Shown: positions 9,549 through 19,011 of the stretch, one piece after another | Position numbering within the stretch: the stretch's first letter is position 1 | Layout: each line of letters begins with the position of its first letter | Assembly (NCBI GenBank): GCA_016181175.1 | Contig: JACOZV010000001.1 | Location: forward strand, 259,519 to 323,518 | Direction of reading: 5' to 3' | From: Candidatus Yanofskybacteria bacterium | Lineage (GTDB): Bacteria > Patescibacteriota > Minisyncoccia > 2-02-FULL-40-12 > IGHO2-01-FULL-4-A | DNA length: 64,000 nucleotides | Notes under the pieces: model-generated | Database searches by the model: none | Told to the model about the DNA's origin: nothing | What the model saw: only the letters and a program-made list of their open reading frames with translations | Position numbers and translations under genes: made by a program

Positions 9549-10472
9549 GTGTCTGACGAAAAAAATGCCATTCCTCTCCAATCGAAAATCAAGCGGGTGA
9601 CCATTAAAACCTTGCATGACATGAAGAAAAAAAGACCGGAGCCGGAAATTATTTGTGCTTTGAGCATCTATGATTCTTTACATGCCCGGCTATTTGACAG
9701 GGCTGGCGGAGATATGATTATTGTCGGCGATTCTGTAGGTATGACTTTGCAGGGTAGAGCTAACACCCTGCCGGTAACAATGGATGAAATGGTTATGTTT
9801 ACCCAAGCTGTAAGAAGGGGCACGGATAGATTATTTGTTGTTGGTGATATGCCCTTGGGTTCGTATGAGGTTTCAAACGAAGAAGCGGTGCGTAATGCTT
9901 TGCGCTTTGTCAAAGAAGCGGGTTGTAACGCAGTGAAGGTGGAAACCAATCTTGATTACATTGACCGCATCAGAGTTATTGCCAGCGCCTGTTTGGTGGT
10001 GGCGCATATCGGTTTAAATCCCAACAAAGCCGAGATGCTTGGAGGTTACAGGACGCAAGGTAAGACAAGAGAAAGCTTTTTGGAATTAAGCAAGGTAATT
10101 GTTGAAGCTGAAAAAGCGGGTGCCTGTATAATTTTAATAGAATCGGTTACGGAAGAAATAGCCGAAATGCTAAAGTCCAAAGTTAATATTCCAGTATTTG
10201 GCATTGCCGCCGGTCGCAAGCTTGATGGCCAGCTTGTCATCAGTTCTGATTTACTTGGATTTTTCGAATGGCCGGGCAACCCCCCGATTCACTTTGAAAA
10301 ATATCTTACAGAAAGACAGGGCATTACGATCGGTGATGTTACCCTGGATGCTTTTCGCTGGTATGTCAAAGCCGTAAAGGAAAAAAGATTTCCAAGCGAC
10401 AAACATGTCCATCACATTTCAGCCGACGAGTTAAGTCAAGTGTTACAAACCAATAACAATTCATCAGCCTAA
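9549..10472 (+). CDS. panB: 3-methyl-2-oxobutanoate hydroxymethyltransferase (PanB)-like protein with C-terminal extension
   Basis: IVGDSVGMTLQG and VVGDMPLGSYE match PanB hallmark GDSLGM / DMPFGSY. Confidence 0.65.
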   Translation: MSDEKNAIPLQSKIKRVTIKTLHDMKKKRPEPEIICALSIYDSLHARLFDRAGGDMIIVGDSVGMTLQGRANTLPVTMDEMVMFTQAVRRGTDRLFVVGDMPLGSYEVSNEEAVRNALRFVKEAGCNAVKVETNLDYIDRIRVIASACLVVAHIGLNPNKAEMLGGYRTQGKTRESFLELSKVIVEAEKAGACIILIESVTEEIAEMLKSKVNIPVFGIAAGRKLDGQLVISSDLLGFFEWPGNPPIHFEKYLTERQGITIGDVTLDAFRWYVKAVKEKRFPSDKHVHHISADELSQVLQTNNNSSA

Positions 10473-10473
10473 G

Positions 10474-10498
10474 ACCGTCTTAACGGTCTTTATTTTTA
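10474..10498 (+). terminator. rho-independent terminator
   Basis: gaccgtcttaacggtc hairpin + T-run. Confidence 0.6.
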
Positions 10499-10592
10499 GC
10501 CGTGCGATTGATTTTCAGAGAATATTGTGTTATTCAATATGCAGAAAACGAGAACTTTAAAAACGTTATCATCTACCACAAGAAGGGGGATT

Positions 10593-10637
10593 ATGCTATT
10601 TATTAGAATGAAACACAAACAGCGATGGAAAAAATGA
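10593..10637 (+). CDS. 14-codon upstream leader ORF (MLFIRMKHKQRWKK) with strong SD, stop overlapping GT2 start (ATGA)
   Basis: aagaagggggatt-ATG; TGA at 10635-10637 overlaps ATG 10634. Confidence 0.3.
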   Translation: MLFIRMKHKQRWKK

Positions 10638-11368
10638 AACCAACATTAACCGTAATAATGCCGGCCTACAATGAGCTTAAAAATCTTAGGGGGGCTTTTA
10701 TAAGCGCAACCGGGGCCCTTAAAATAGCCGGTATTTCTGATTACGAAATAATAATCATAACCAACACGAAGCGTGATGGTAGCCACGACGGTACGCCGTA
10801 TGTTGCCGAACAAATCGTGAAGGAAGATTCCAGGGTTAGGCATATTCATAACAACTCTTACGTGGGCTTGGGTTTTAAATTTAGACAAGGCATTGGAGAT
10901 GCCCGGAAGAGCTTCATAACTTGGGTGCCGGGCGATAATGAAAATATTGAGGAGTCCGTTGCCGGCATCTTCAGACATATCGGCGAAGCCGATATGATTA
11001 CCAGTTATACTTCCAACACTCAAGTCAGGAAATGGAAAAGACGTTTTGTGTCCAGATGTTTTACTGAGTTTTGTAATTTGCTGTTTGGTTTGAGATTGAA
11101 GTATTACAACGGTATTTGTATTTATCCGACGAAACTACTCCAAAAAGTGCCGACGAAGTCCGATAATTTTGCATACATGGCCGAGATTATTATTTACTTG
11201 GTCAAATCCGGAGTTAGATACAAAGAGGTTCCAATGGAAATCAAACCCACTGCAATCTCATCTTCCTTTAAGTTAAAAAGTGTTTTTGAAGCTTTGGGCA
11301 CTATCGCTTTGTTATTTTGGAATATTCATTTTAAGAGGACAAGGATTAAAATTGGTTCAATAAATTAA
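10634..11368 (+). CDS. family 2 glycosyltransferase (paralogue of 2217..2966)
   Basis: LTVIMPAYNE, YNGICIYP, FAYMAEII conserved with 2217 ORF; start chosen at ATGA-coupled ATG (alternative 10625). Confidence 0.75.
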   Translation: MKPTLTVIMPAYNELKNLRGAFISATGALKIAGISDYEIIIITNTKRDGSHDGTPYVAEQIVKEDSRVRHIHNNSYVGLGFKFRQGIGDARKSFITWVPGDNENIEESVAGIFRHIGEADMITSYTSNTQVRKWKRRFVSRCFTEFCNLLFGLRLKYYNGICIYPTKLLQKVPTKSDNFAYMAEIIIYLVKSGVRYKEVPMEIKPTAISSSFKLKSVFEALGTIALLFWNIHFKRTRIKIGSIN

Positions 11369-11431
11369 ATTCAATCGGATTATATCCGATTTTTTATTGT
11401 GAAATAATTTTGCATGTGCTAAGTTGAACTT

Positions 11432-12322
11432 ATGAATTGTATTATTTGCGGCGGAACTTCCCCGCGTTTTTTTAGGGAAAAAGATGGCTGGCAGTTAGTC
11501 GAATGTCCCAATGACGGGCTTATTTACGTTGATCCGCAGCCAACCGTGGAACAATTAACGGAATTTTATAATTCGGGAAAGTACTTTCATTCTGATGATC
11601 ATGGGGTGGGGTATAAAGATTATATCCGAGAAAAATTTTTTATAAACCTCGGGCATAAGCCAATACTTCGCAAGATTTCAAAATATTTTTCAAAGCTGAA
11701 TAAAAAAGAAGGAGCTCCACGCAAATTATTGGATGTCGGTGCCGCATATGGTTTTTTCGTTGAGTTGGCTTCAAAGTACGGGTTTGAAGCTATGGGAAAC
11801 GACATAACGCGGGAAGCGGTGGATTATGCAAAGAGCCGCAATGTAAACGTGGTTTTGGGCAAAACCAAAGAGCTTAATTTTCCGGACGGTTCTTTTGATG
11901 TTGTGACAGTTTTGGGGGTTATTGAGCATTGGTATGATCCCAAGGAAGAGTTATCGGAAATACGAAGAATTCTCAAAGTGGGGGGTCTACTAGTTGTTTT
12001 AACATTGGATACCGGAAACTTTTTAGGGAGAGGTGCGGTTAAAGTGCCGGAACACGTATTCTATTTTTCAAAAAGAAACCTAATCAGGTTTTTATCAGAT
12101 TGCGGTTTTAAAACCATTAAAACTTCAATCAACTGTACCTTTTTCAGTGTTGAAGAATTCTTCTTCCATTTATTTGGGCGTTTTTTCAAAAACGATAGTT
12201 TTGGTTGGTTGGAAAAACTCTTAGTCGGTTTGGCTCAAAAAACTCGTTTAGACAAAGTTCCTTTGCCGGTAATAGACGGCCAGATTCTTTTTATATGCCG
12301 AAAAGAAGGTAGTGCAAAATAA
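11432..12322 (+). CDS. class I SAM-dependent methyltransferase with N-terminal Zn-ribbon
   Basis: CIICGG...C...C ribbon; motif I LLDVGAAYGFF. Confidence 0.7.
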   Translation: MNCIICGGTSPRFFREKDGWQLVECPNDGLIYVDPQPTVEQLTEFYNSGKYFHSDDHGVGYKDYIREKFFINLGHKPILRKISKYFSKLNKKEGAPRKLLDVGAAYGFFVELASKYGFEAMGNDITREAVDYAKSRNVNVVLGKTKELNFPDGSFDVVTVLGVIEHWYDPKEELSEIRRILKVGGLLVVLTLDTGNFLGRGAVKVPEHVFYFSKRNLIRFLSDCGFKTIKTSINCTFFSVEEFFFHLFGRFFKNDSFGWLEKLLVGLAQKTRLDKVPLPVIDGQILFICRKEGSAK

Positions 12323-12401
12323 TCCTCTTTGATTTGACCTTATTTTAGTAATGGTTTATCTTGTTTGGGTGAAAGTTCTTTTATAAAGAAGAGGATAATT
12401 T

Positions 12402-12764
12402 ATGTCGGTTGAAATAAAAAACTTAGACGGAGAAGTTGTTTTTGTTTTTCCCGGTGATTCGTTGGTTGAAGCCAATTTGAGCAATAACAAAAACTTGGGT
12501 CGGGCCGATTTTCGCGGCCAAGACATGAGAAATGTTAACCTTGGTGGCGCTCATTGCCGCGGAGCTGACTTTTCCGGTGCGGATATGTCCGGCCAGAAAA
12601 CCTGCCTAGTTTATGCGCAGTGCCAAGATGCCAAGTTTGTCGGTACCAATCTTGAAGGAGCAGACATGGAAAGAATAAACATATGCGGGGCTGACCTGAC
12701 TGGCGCCAGAAAAAATGGCGCCAGAACATCATATTGGCACTGGGATGAAGATACGAAATTTTAG
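12402..12764 (+). CDS. pentapeptide-repeat protein
   Basis: tandem A(D/N)(L/F)xG repeats. Confidence 0.65.
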   Translation: MSVEIKNLDGEVVFVFPGDSLVEANLSNNKNLGRADFRGQDMRNVNLGGAHCRGADFSGADMSGQKTCLVYAQCQDAKFVGTNLEGADMERINICGADLTGARKNGARTSYWHWDEDTKF

Positions 12765-12769
12765 GGAGG

Positions 12770-13345
12770 GTGAAGAGAATGATAAAAATTCTGCACCGCC
12801 ATACAAGAGAATTGCTTTTTGTTTATCCTCGTGACACGTTTATCGGCCAAGACCTGCGGGGTTTCAATCTGGAGTTTGCAGACTTAAGCGGACAAGATTT
12901 AACAGAAGCAATTATGGAAGGCATGAATCTTGATGAAACCGAATTTTCTTATGCGACCTTGATTGGAGCCAAGATGGCTCGCTGTAGCTTAAGGGAAGCA
13001 ATTTTTGATAGTACCGACCTAACAGAAGCGAAACTGGATAATTGTAAATTTTCAATGACGGCCTTTGTACGAGCTGTTCTTACTCGAGCTGATTTTTCTG
13101 GTTCAGATTTTGAGGGGGTAACAAATTTTACGTACGCGATTGCTATTGGTACGAAGTTTAGGAATATTAAAAAAATTGGTTCACCAATTTTTGAAAATAT
13201 AGACTGTGGTGGCGCCGATTTTACGGGTACTGATTTAACGGTAATTTCGGAAGGCGATATTTTGGACGCAAACTTTGAGGGTGCCGTACTGGACCCGGCA
13301 TCAAAAGAATATTTGGAAAAAATTTTACGGAAGGAGATAAAATGA
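12770..13345 (+). CDS. pentapeptide-repeat protein
   Basis: ADLSGQDLTEA-type repeats. Confidence 0.65.
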   Translation: MKRMIKILHRHTRELLFVYPRDTFIGQDLRGFNLEFADLSGQDLTEAIMEGMNLDETEFSYATLIGAKMARCSLREAIFDSTDLTEAKLDNCKFSMTAFVRAVLTRADFSGSDFEGVTNFTYAIAIGTKFRNIKKIGSPIFENIDCGGADFTGTDLTVISEGDILDANFEGAVLDPASKEYLEKILRKEIK

Positions 13346-13539
13346 CCGATTCACCGTCCCCGCTTTGCGAAAACCATAAAGATACGCCCAAGCTAGAAGA
13401 TTCGGTAAAAATAAAATGCCGTATGTGTTCAACGGGTGATCCCGATTCACTTCGTGATTCATTTTATGAGGATGCCCAGCTTTGTCAGGAATGTCATGAC
13501 AACACGCAGTTCTGTATTATCTGCCAAGAACCCATCTAA
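13342..13539 (+). CDS. small Cys-rich zinc-ribbon protein
   Basis: CxxC...CxxC...CxxC; ATGA overlap with upstream gene. Confidence 0.45.
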   Translation: MTDSPSPLCENHKDTPKLEDSVKIKCRMCSTGDPDSLRDSFYEDAQLCQECHDNTQFCIICQEPI

Positions 13540-13540
13540 A

Positions 13541-13618
13541 TAGGACTTACGCGCATAGTCCTATGTAGGTCCAAATTAAAAACCCTAGCTTAATCTAATT
13601 AGCTAGGGTGTTTTTGTG
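13541..13618. terminator. pair of hairpins (palindrome ataggacttacgcgcatagtcctat; ccctagc..gctaggg + T-run) between convergent genes
   Basis: perfect palindromes followed by T-run. Confidence 0.55.
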
Positions 13619-13619
13619 T

Positions 13620-15290
13620 TTAAACAACGTCTTTAGGCTTTTCTTTGGAGTCAATTTGATCCTTTTGATGTTTGGCGGCTTCTTTCATGCCGGCCCGGAT
13701 ATTATCTAAAGGACTCGCGGGAAAAAGGCGCGGGAAAAAGGTTTTGGCGGCATAGCCCACATTTCTTAAGAACGAACCGTCGCCAATAGATTTTTTTATT
13801 TTCCAGAAAGCGTATCCGGGATTGTGAAGCGGTGAGTAAAATTCGCGATAAAACTTATTATACCAAGCCCGTAAAACTTCGGGTGTTAACTCTGGGTTGG
13901 GATGGCGGAACATGCCTTCTGCCCGATGAATATTATACAGGTCCCAACGTTCACTTAGAATTAATCCGGCTCGTTTCCAATCTTTGAATGCTCGAGTATC
14001 GGGAAAGGGAGTAAATATTGTCGCCTTGGCGAAATCTGGCCGCAACTTTTTGGCAAAATCAATAGTTTTTTGCATTGACCTTGGAGTGTCCTTAGGCGCT
14101 CCGATCATGAAAAAACCGATGGTCTCGACATTAAATTCTTTTAGCAATTTCATACATTCAATGGATTTATCTAGACTTAATGATTTTTGAATAGAATCCA
14201 GCGCGTCTTGGTCGCCTGATTCAAAGCCGGCGCCAAGAGAGTAAAGTCCGGTGCGGGTAGCTAGATCTAAGAATTCTCTGTCTATTCGGTCGGCCCGGAC
14301 TCCATTACCTAGATTTATCGCAAAATGGAGGCCGTGCTCTAACATTTTTTGATGAATGATTTTACCTCTTTTCACGTTGGTTAAATACTGATCGTCGGTA
14401 ATTCTTAATTCTTTGATATTTCTGAATTTGAAATACTTCATCAGTTCAATAACCTTATCCGGACTGAATACCCGATACGCATCTTCGGCTGAACAAAAAT
14501 TGCAATGAAATGGGCAACCGCGGCTGGTCTCAAAACCAATCCAGGGGTGTTCGTGAGCAAGAAGTCTTGGCATTTTGTAAAGATAGTAGGGATACAAGTC
14601 CAAATCCAATGGTGGCAGGTCATCCATTGTCAGAAATTTCCTGGGCGGGGTTTCTAGAACCTCCAATTTAACACTTTGTTCGGGCGGGTACATTGCGTCC
14701 AGAGCAACATAATAAGCAAGCTCGCCAGTCGAGAGGCGACGAATTATTTCATCAGTTGTTGTTTTGATGCTCCGATCATCTTCGCCAGTTCGATAAAATA
14801 CACCCCTAACATCCTTAATTGGCATACCAGAGCAGATATCAGCTAAAGTAGCCTCGCCTTCACCCTTAACGACAACATCGCACAGCGTCTCGCTAAGAGC
14901 TTCACTGGCCAAATTAGATGCGTGAACTCCGCCATGAATCAAAACTAATTCCGGACCCAAAACTTCTTTGGCGATAATGCCGGCTAATTTTGTACTAAAA
15001 AATGATGGCGTTACTACCATTAAGCCCAAATATTTAGGACGTTCCTCAAGCAGAAATCTCTTATAAGTGTGCCAAGCTAATTCTAGCTCAATTATGCCCA
15101 TATCTATCACGCAAGTCTTAAAACCCTTAAGATTAAGTTTTAGATAAGCCGATAACCATTGATAGGCCTGAATTGGAAACACCTGGGTCGCTGCATTAAT
15201 ACGGGTTCCAGTATAAGCGGTAAATATCTCTGGCATAACCGCAAAAGCGATTTTACGTTCATCCAGAACCGGATAGTTCTTTTTATTCAT
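13620..15290 (-). CDS. B12-binding-domain radical SAM protein (class B)
   Basis: SRGCPFHCNFC cluster; 556 aa. Confidence 0.75.
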   Translation of the reverse strand: MNKKNYPVLDERKIAFAVMPEIFTAYTGTRINAATQVFPIQAYQWLSAYLKLNLKGFKTCVIDMGIIELELAWHTYKRFLLEERPKYLGLMVVTPSFFSTKLAGIIAKEVLGPELVLIHGGVHASNLASEALSETLCDVVVKGEGEATLADICSGMPIKDVRGVFYRTGEDDRSIKTTTDEIIRRLSTGELAYYVALDAMYPPEQSVKLEVLETPPRKFLTMDDLPPLDLDLYPYYLYKMPRLLAHEHPWIGFETSRGCPFHCNFCSAEDAYRVFSPDKVIELMKYFKFRNIKELRITDDQYLTNVKRGKIIHQKMLEHGLHFAINLGNGVRADRIDREFLDLATRTGLYSLGAGFESGDQDALDSIQKSLSLDKSIECMKLLKEFNVETIGFFMIGAPKDTPRSMQKTIDFAKKLRPDFAKATIFTPFPDTRAFKDWKRAGLILSERWDLYNIHRAEGMFRHPNPELTPEVLRAWYNKFYREFYSPLHNPGYAFWKIKKSIGDGSFLRNVGYAAKTFFPRLFPASPLDNIRAGMKEAAKHQKDQIDSKEKPKDVV

Positions 15291-15422
15291 CAGTTCTTCT
15301 CCCTGAAGATTTGTTCGTTTTTTAAAGTTCGTATGAATAATTTTAACCTAAATACGGTGGTTGTCAATCTGTTGTGTAGGTAACATTTTCTATGTTAAGT
15401 TTTTATCAATGTAATTTTTATT

Positions 15423-17927
15423 ATGAATAATAAACTTAAAATATTTTTTGTGAGAAAAAACATTACACGTTTTTTTATTTTTTTAACGCCCGTAATAATT
15501 ACACTGGTTTTAATCGGCCCTACTCTTTGGGGCGGCAAGGTGTTTTTGGATTCCGCGCATTCTACGGTTCAATATTCGGCCCTGTTTTCCCTAAAGAGTT
15601 CTCTTAATTCCGGTGTATGGTTTCCGGTTTGGATTTCCCAATGGACAAGCGGATTTTCCCTCTGGCTACTTCCGGCGAATTTCGGGCTATTAAACCCGCT
15701 CCATATTATTCTGACTAAATTTTTAGATTTTGCTTTGGCGTCCCATATTCTTACCCTTTTTTATTTTATAGCCGGATTTTATGCGGCATATTTTTTGGGC
15801 AGGGCGTTGAGTTTATCCAGGGCTGCCTCCCTTATTGTCGCTCTAGCTTATGCTTTTAACAGTTTTAATGTTTGGTGGGGGCTTCTCCTTTCCTTTTCGT
15901 TTCTCTATTTTCTTTTGCCTTTTTTGTTTTTGACGTTGCTTAAGGCTTATCGGGGTGAGCGCAAGTTTATATATTGGTCGGCCCTTTTTATTTTTTTGGC
16001 TTGGCCGTTCGCTCTGCCCCAGATATTTTTATACTCGCTTATTGCGACATTTGCTTTTGCTTTGTATTTAGACTTTGCCAAACGTACGGAAGGTTTAGTT
16101 CAGAAACGCTGGCTGGCCATTAAAAGTTTTTTTTACTTTATCATCCCCGGCACTTTTTTGGCTCTCATTTGGTTGCTTCCGGTTTATGATTTTATTCAGC
16201 TTTCTTCCAGAGCCGGAGGTCTTGCTTTAGAGGCGGCAGGAGAAGGACGGCTTCTACCTTGGGATCTCATTTTTTCATATATCTATCCGTCTTTTTCAAT
16301 GCCCAAACTTATCCGCGAACATTTTTTATATATCGGTATTTTACCTTTTGCTTTAGCCATTTTTTCTTTGGTAAATTTTAGAAAAGACCGGCTGGTTAGA
16401 TTTTTTTTCATCGGTTATATTTTTATTATCTCTGCTTTATTTCCCGGTTCGCCTGTTTGGAGATTATTTAACATTACTCCGGTGCTTAATCTTTTCCGAG
16501 TGCCCCTGCAGTTACTTTTCGTGGGAAATTTTTTCTTGGCGATACTTGCTGGATTCGGTTTAGACGGATTGTCGGAAAACAAAACAATCTCGTATCTAAG
16601 GTTTTTCAAAAATTATGTCCGGGGATTGAAAATAATGGTTATATTTGGACTTGCGACGGCAATGGTTATAGCATTGATTATGAAGTTTTACAGGTCTAAC
16701 CTGCAAAATTTCGGTTATAATTATTTTGTTGAAAACTTGTTGCAATATACAAAATACCGTCCCTTGGAGCACTACTATGCCTTAATCAACGGATATTTTG
16801 ATAAGTTTTCTTGGCACGTATCTTTTCTAAATCCATATTTTTTGACCGCACTGTTTACGTTGAGTGCGGTTTTCGCCCTATTTTATTTTTACAGTCGGGG
16901 CAAACTTACATTTAACAACTTTAAAATAATCGCCGTTATTATTACTGTTCTTGATTTACTTTTCGTTTGGCGTGGCCACTACAGATTTATGCCCAGGGAT
17001 TGGTTAGACCCGGCTCCGGCGGCGGTATTTCTGAATTCAAGGGATAAAGAACCATTTAGGATTTATGTCATTTCCGAAGGGTATTTAGAGCTGGAAAAAA
17101 TGGGCTATGATAAATACGACCTCTCTAATTACAAAAAAGATATGCTTTTTAAACGGAGCCGGATGCTTGGTTTTGGATTAAACGGCGTATCTGGCATACA
17201 AGGTGAAATAACGATGCTTGATACGCGCCGTTATGCCAAAATTATAGATCTTATTACAGATTCAGACGACGGAAGGAGAATAGAACTTTCAACCGCTGAC
17301 AGAATTAAAGCATGGCAATCTTTGCAAAACAGAAATTTGCTTTCAATGATGAATGTAAAATACATTATTTCATCCTTTGACTTTAAGATGCCATGGAAAA
17401 AGATATTTGAAACCAAACCGGTTGAGGACGAGAAAATTATGACTTATGTTTATGAAAATACCGAAGTTTTGCCTAGGGTCTATTTTGCTAATAATGCAAG
17501 TTTTGCAGAACCAGACGAGTCCAGCACCAGTTTAGCCAAGGCCAAACTGGTGCTGGACGAGGCCAAAGCTTTTGACGCGTTACTGGCTATTAAAAACTTT
17601 AAGAACACAACGCTTGTTGAATGTGCGAGCGGGGATTGCGCTTATTCGGGCCAGCCGAATTTCAAAGATAGTCTGGAAATCATTGAAAAAAAAGAAGGCT
17701 ATTTAAAAGTTAAAACGCAAACCAAAAATCCAAGATATTTAGTTTATTCGGAGTCTAATTTGCCGTATTGGGAGGCGAGGATTGATGGGAAAATGTCCCC
17801 GATTCTTATGGCAAATTACGCGTATCAGGCGGTTTTGGTTCCACCGGGGGAGCATTTAGTGGAATTTCAGTATCCCGGCCCAATTACGCAGTTTAAGTAC
17901 TCACTCAAAAAACTGCTTGATTTCTAG
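15423..17927 (+). CDS. large polytopic membrane protein, YfhO-like (glycan/teichoic-acid glycosylation family)
   Basis: 834 aa, >12 predicted TM helices N-terminal, large C-terminal extracytoplasmic domain. Confidence 0.5.
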   Translation: MNNKLKIFFVRKNITRFFIFLTPVIITLVLIGPTLWGGKVFLDSAHSTVQYSALFSLKSSLNSGVWFPVWISQWTSGFSLWLLPANFGLLNPLHIILTKFLDFALASHILTLFYFIAGFYAAYFLGRALSLSRAASLIVALAYAFNSFNVWWGLLLSFSFLYFLLPFLFLTLLKAYRGERKFIYWSALFIFLAWPFALPQIFLYSLIATFAFALYLDFAKRTEGLVQKRWLAIKSFFYFIIPGTFLALIWLLPVYDFIQLSSRAGGLALEAAGEGRLLPWDLIFSYIYPSFSMPKLIREHFLYIGILPFALAIFSLVNFRKDRLVRFFFIGYIFIISALFPGSPVWRLFNITPVLNLFRVPLQLLFVGNFFLAILAGFGLDGLSENKTISYLRFFKNYVRGLKIMVIFGLATAMVIALIMKFYRSNLQNFGYNYFVENLLQYTKYRPLEHYYALINGYFDKFSWHVSFLNPYFLTALFTLSAVFALFYFYSRGKLTFNNFKIIAVIITVLDLLFVWRGHYRFMPRDWLDPAPAAVFLNSRDKEPFRIYVISEGYLELEKMGYDKYDLSNYKKDMLFKRSRMLGFGLNGVSGIQGEITMLDTRRYAKIIDLITDSDDGRRIELSTADRIKAWQSLQNRNLLSMMNVKYIISSFDFKMPWKKIFETKPVEDEKIMTYVYENTEVLPRVYFANNASFAEPDESSTSLAKAKLVLDEAKAFDALLAIKNFKNTTLVECASGDCAYSGQPNFKDSLEIIEKKEGYLKVKTQTKNPRYLVYSESNLPYWEARIDGKMSPILMANYAYQAVLVPPGEHLVEFQYPGPITQFKYSLKKLLDF

Positions 17928-17934
17928 TTCTAAA

Positions 17935-18094
17935 AGCTTGGCAAATACTGCCTTCTATCACCGCTAGCAACCCCAGCGAGATTGCGTCGCTCCGTTGAAA
18001 GCGTGGATTCGCCTCGCAGTTCAACCATTATACTGCTCGGTGACCGTGCAATCCACCCTTTCAACGGTGCTATAAAGCAGTATTTGCCAAGCTT
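17935..18094 (+). repeat. family-1 TIR/stem element
   Basis: aagcttggcaaatactgc...gcagtatttgccaagctt termini; internal tatcacc, cccagcgag, ccgttgaaagcgtggatt / aatccaccctttcaacgg. Confidence 0.75.
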
Positions 18095-18147
18095 TTAGAC
18101 TTGACATGTAATGTGTCCGCATATTAAATTTTATATTACTTAATGCC

Positions 18148-18930
18148 ATGAAAAATTCTATTAATAAAATGTCTATGAGAAAAAACCCAATTTGTCCATT
18201 TGGGGATTTAGCTTGGAAAAAATACTATTGGTTTTATCCCAGGCGCACCCCGCATTATGAAAAAAGTTATTGGGGAGAGGCGGTAGATCCCGATGGAAAC
18301 AAAAGAAATCTTCTGAAAGAGTGGGACCAGCAGGTTAAAAACCGTAAGCATATAGCCGGATTTTTGAAACAGGTAAAACCGGGCAGGATACTTGATATCG
18401 GCTGCGGTCCCGGGTTTTTGTTGTCGGTTTTAGACAAAAAATGGGATAAATACGGGACCGATATTTCCAAGTCCAAAACGGCTCTAGATATCTGTTCTAA
18501 ATACGCGCGGGTTTATCAGGGTGAATTGCCGCGCATTAATTTTAATAAAAAATATTTTGATGTTGTGGTTTTGAATCATGTGATAGAACAGTTGCCTAAG
18601 CCACTCGAATATATTAAAGAAATAAAAAGAATACTTAAAAAAGGCGGCGTCTTAATTATAGAAACTCCTGATTTTGATTCCGGCTGTGCGAGGAGATTCA
18701 AAAAAAATTTCCGCCTGCTTCATGATTCGGATCATGTCAGTTTATTCACTTCGTTTTCCTTGGTAAAGATGCTGGAAGATTATGGTTTTGAAATAATGCG
18801 TGTTGAATATCCATTTTTTGATTCCGCTTACTTTACGAAGGAAAACCTTCTTCGCCTATTTGATAATAAAAAAGTTTCCCCGCCCTTTTACGGCAACAAT
18901 ATTTTTGTTTGTTCACGACTCACCCGGTAA
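18148..18930 (+). CDS. class I SAM-dependent methyltransferase
   Basis: motif I ILDIGCGPGFL. Confidence 0.7.
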   Translation: MKNSINKMSMRKNPICPFGDLAWKKYYWFYPRRTPHYEKSYWGEAVDPDGNKRNLLKEWDQQVKNRKHIAGFLKQVKPGRILDIGCGPGFLLSVLDKKWDKYGTDISKSKTALDICSKYARVYQGELPRINFNKKYFDVVVLNHVIEQLPKPLEYIKEIKRILKKGGVLIIETPDFDSGCARRFKKNFRLLHDSDHVSLFTSFSLVKMLEDYGFEIMRVEYPFFDSAYFTKENLLRLFDNKKVSPPFYGNNIFVCSRLTR

Positions 18931-19011
18931 CGCATAATACCCTTGACGTAAGTTAGTTTGTTTTGTAATTTGAAATTAAGACAGCACCTTGTCAATAAAA
19001 CAGGAGAAAGA

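Noticed and set aside
9549-10472. Possibility that the PanB-like gene is a PEP mutase (phosphonate pathway) partnering with the TPP enzyme
   Set aside because: The sequence carries the PanB-specific GDSxGM and DMPxGSY boxes rather than the PEP-mutase EDKxxxKRCGH box; the two genes are also 4 kb apart.
18958-19011. Upstream start (MFCNLKL...) for the 18958 ORF
   Set aside because: The internal ATG at 19012 is preceded by the SD aaacaggagaaaga; the upstream start has none.
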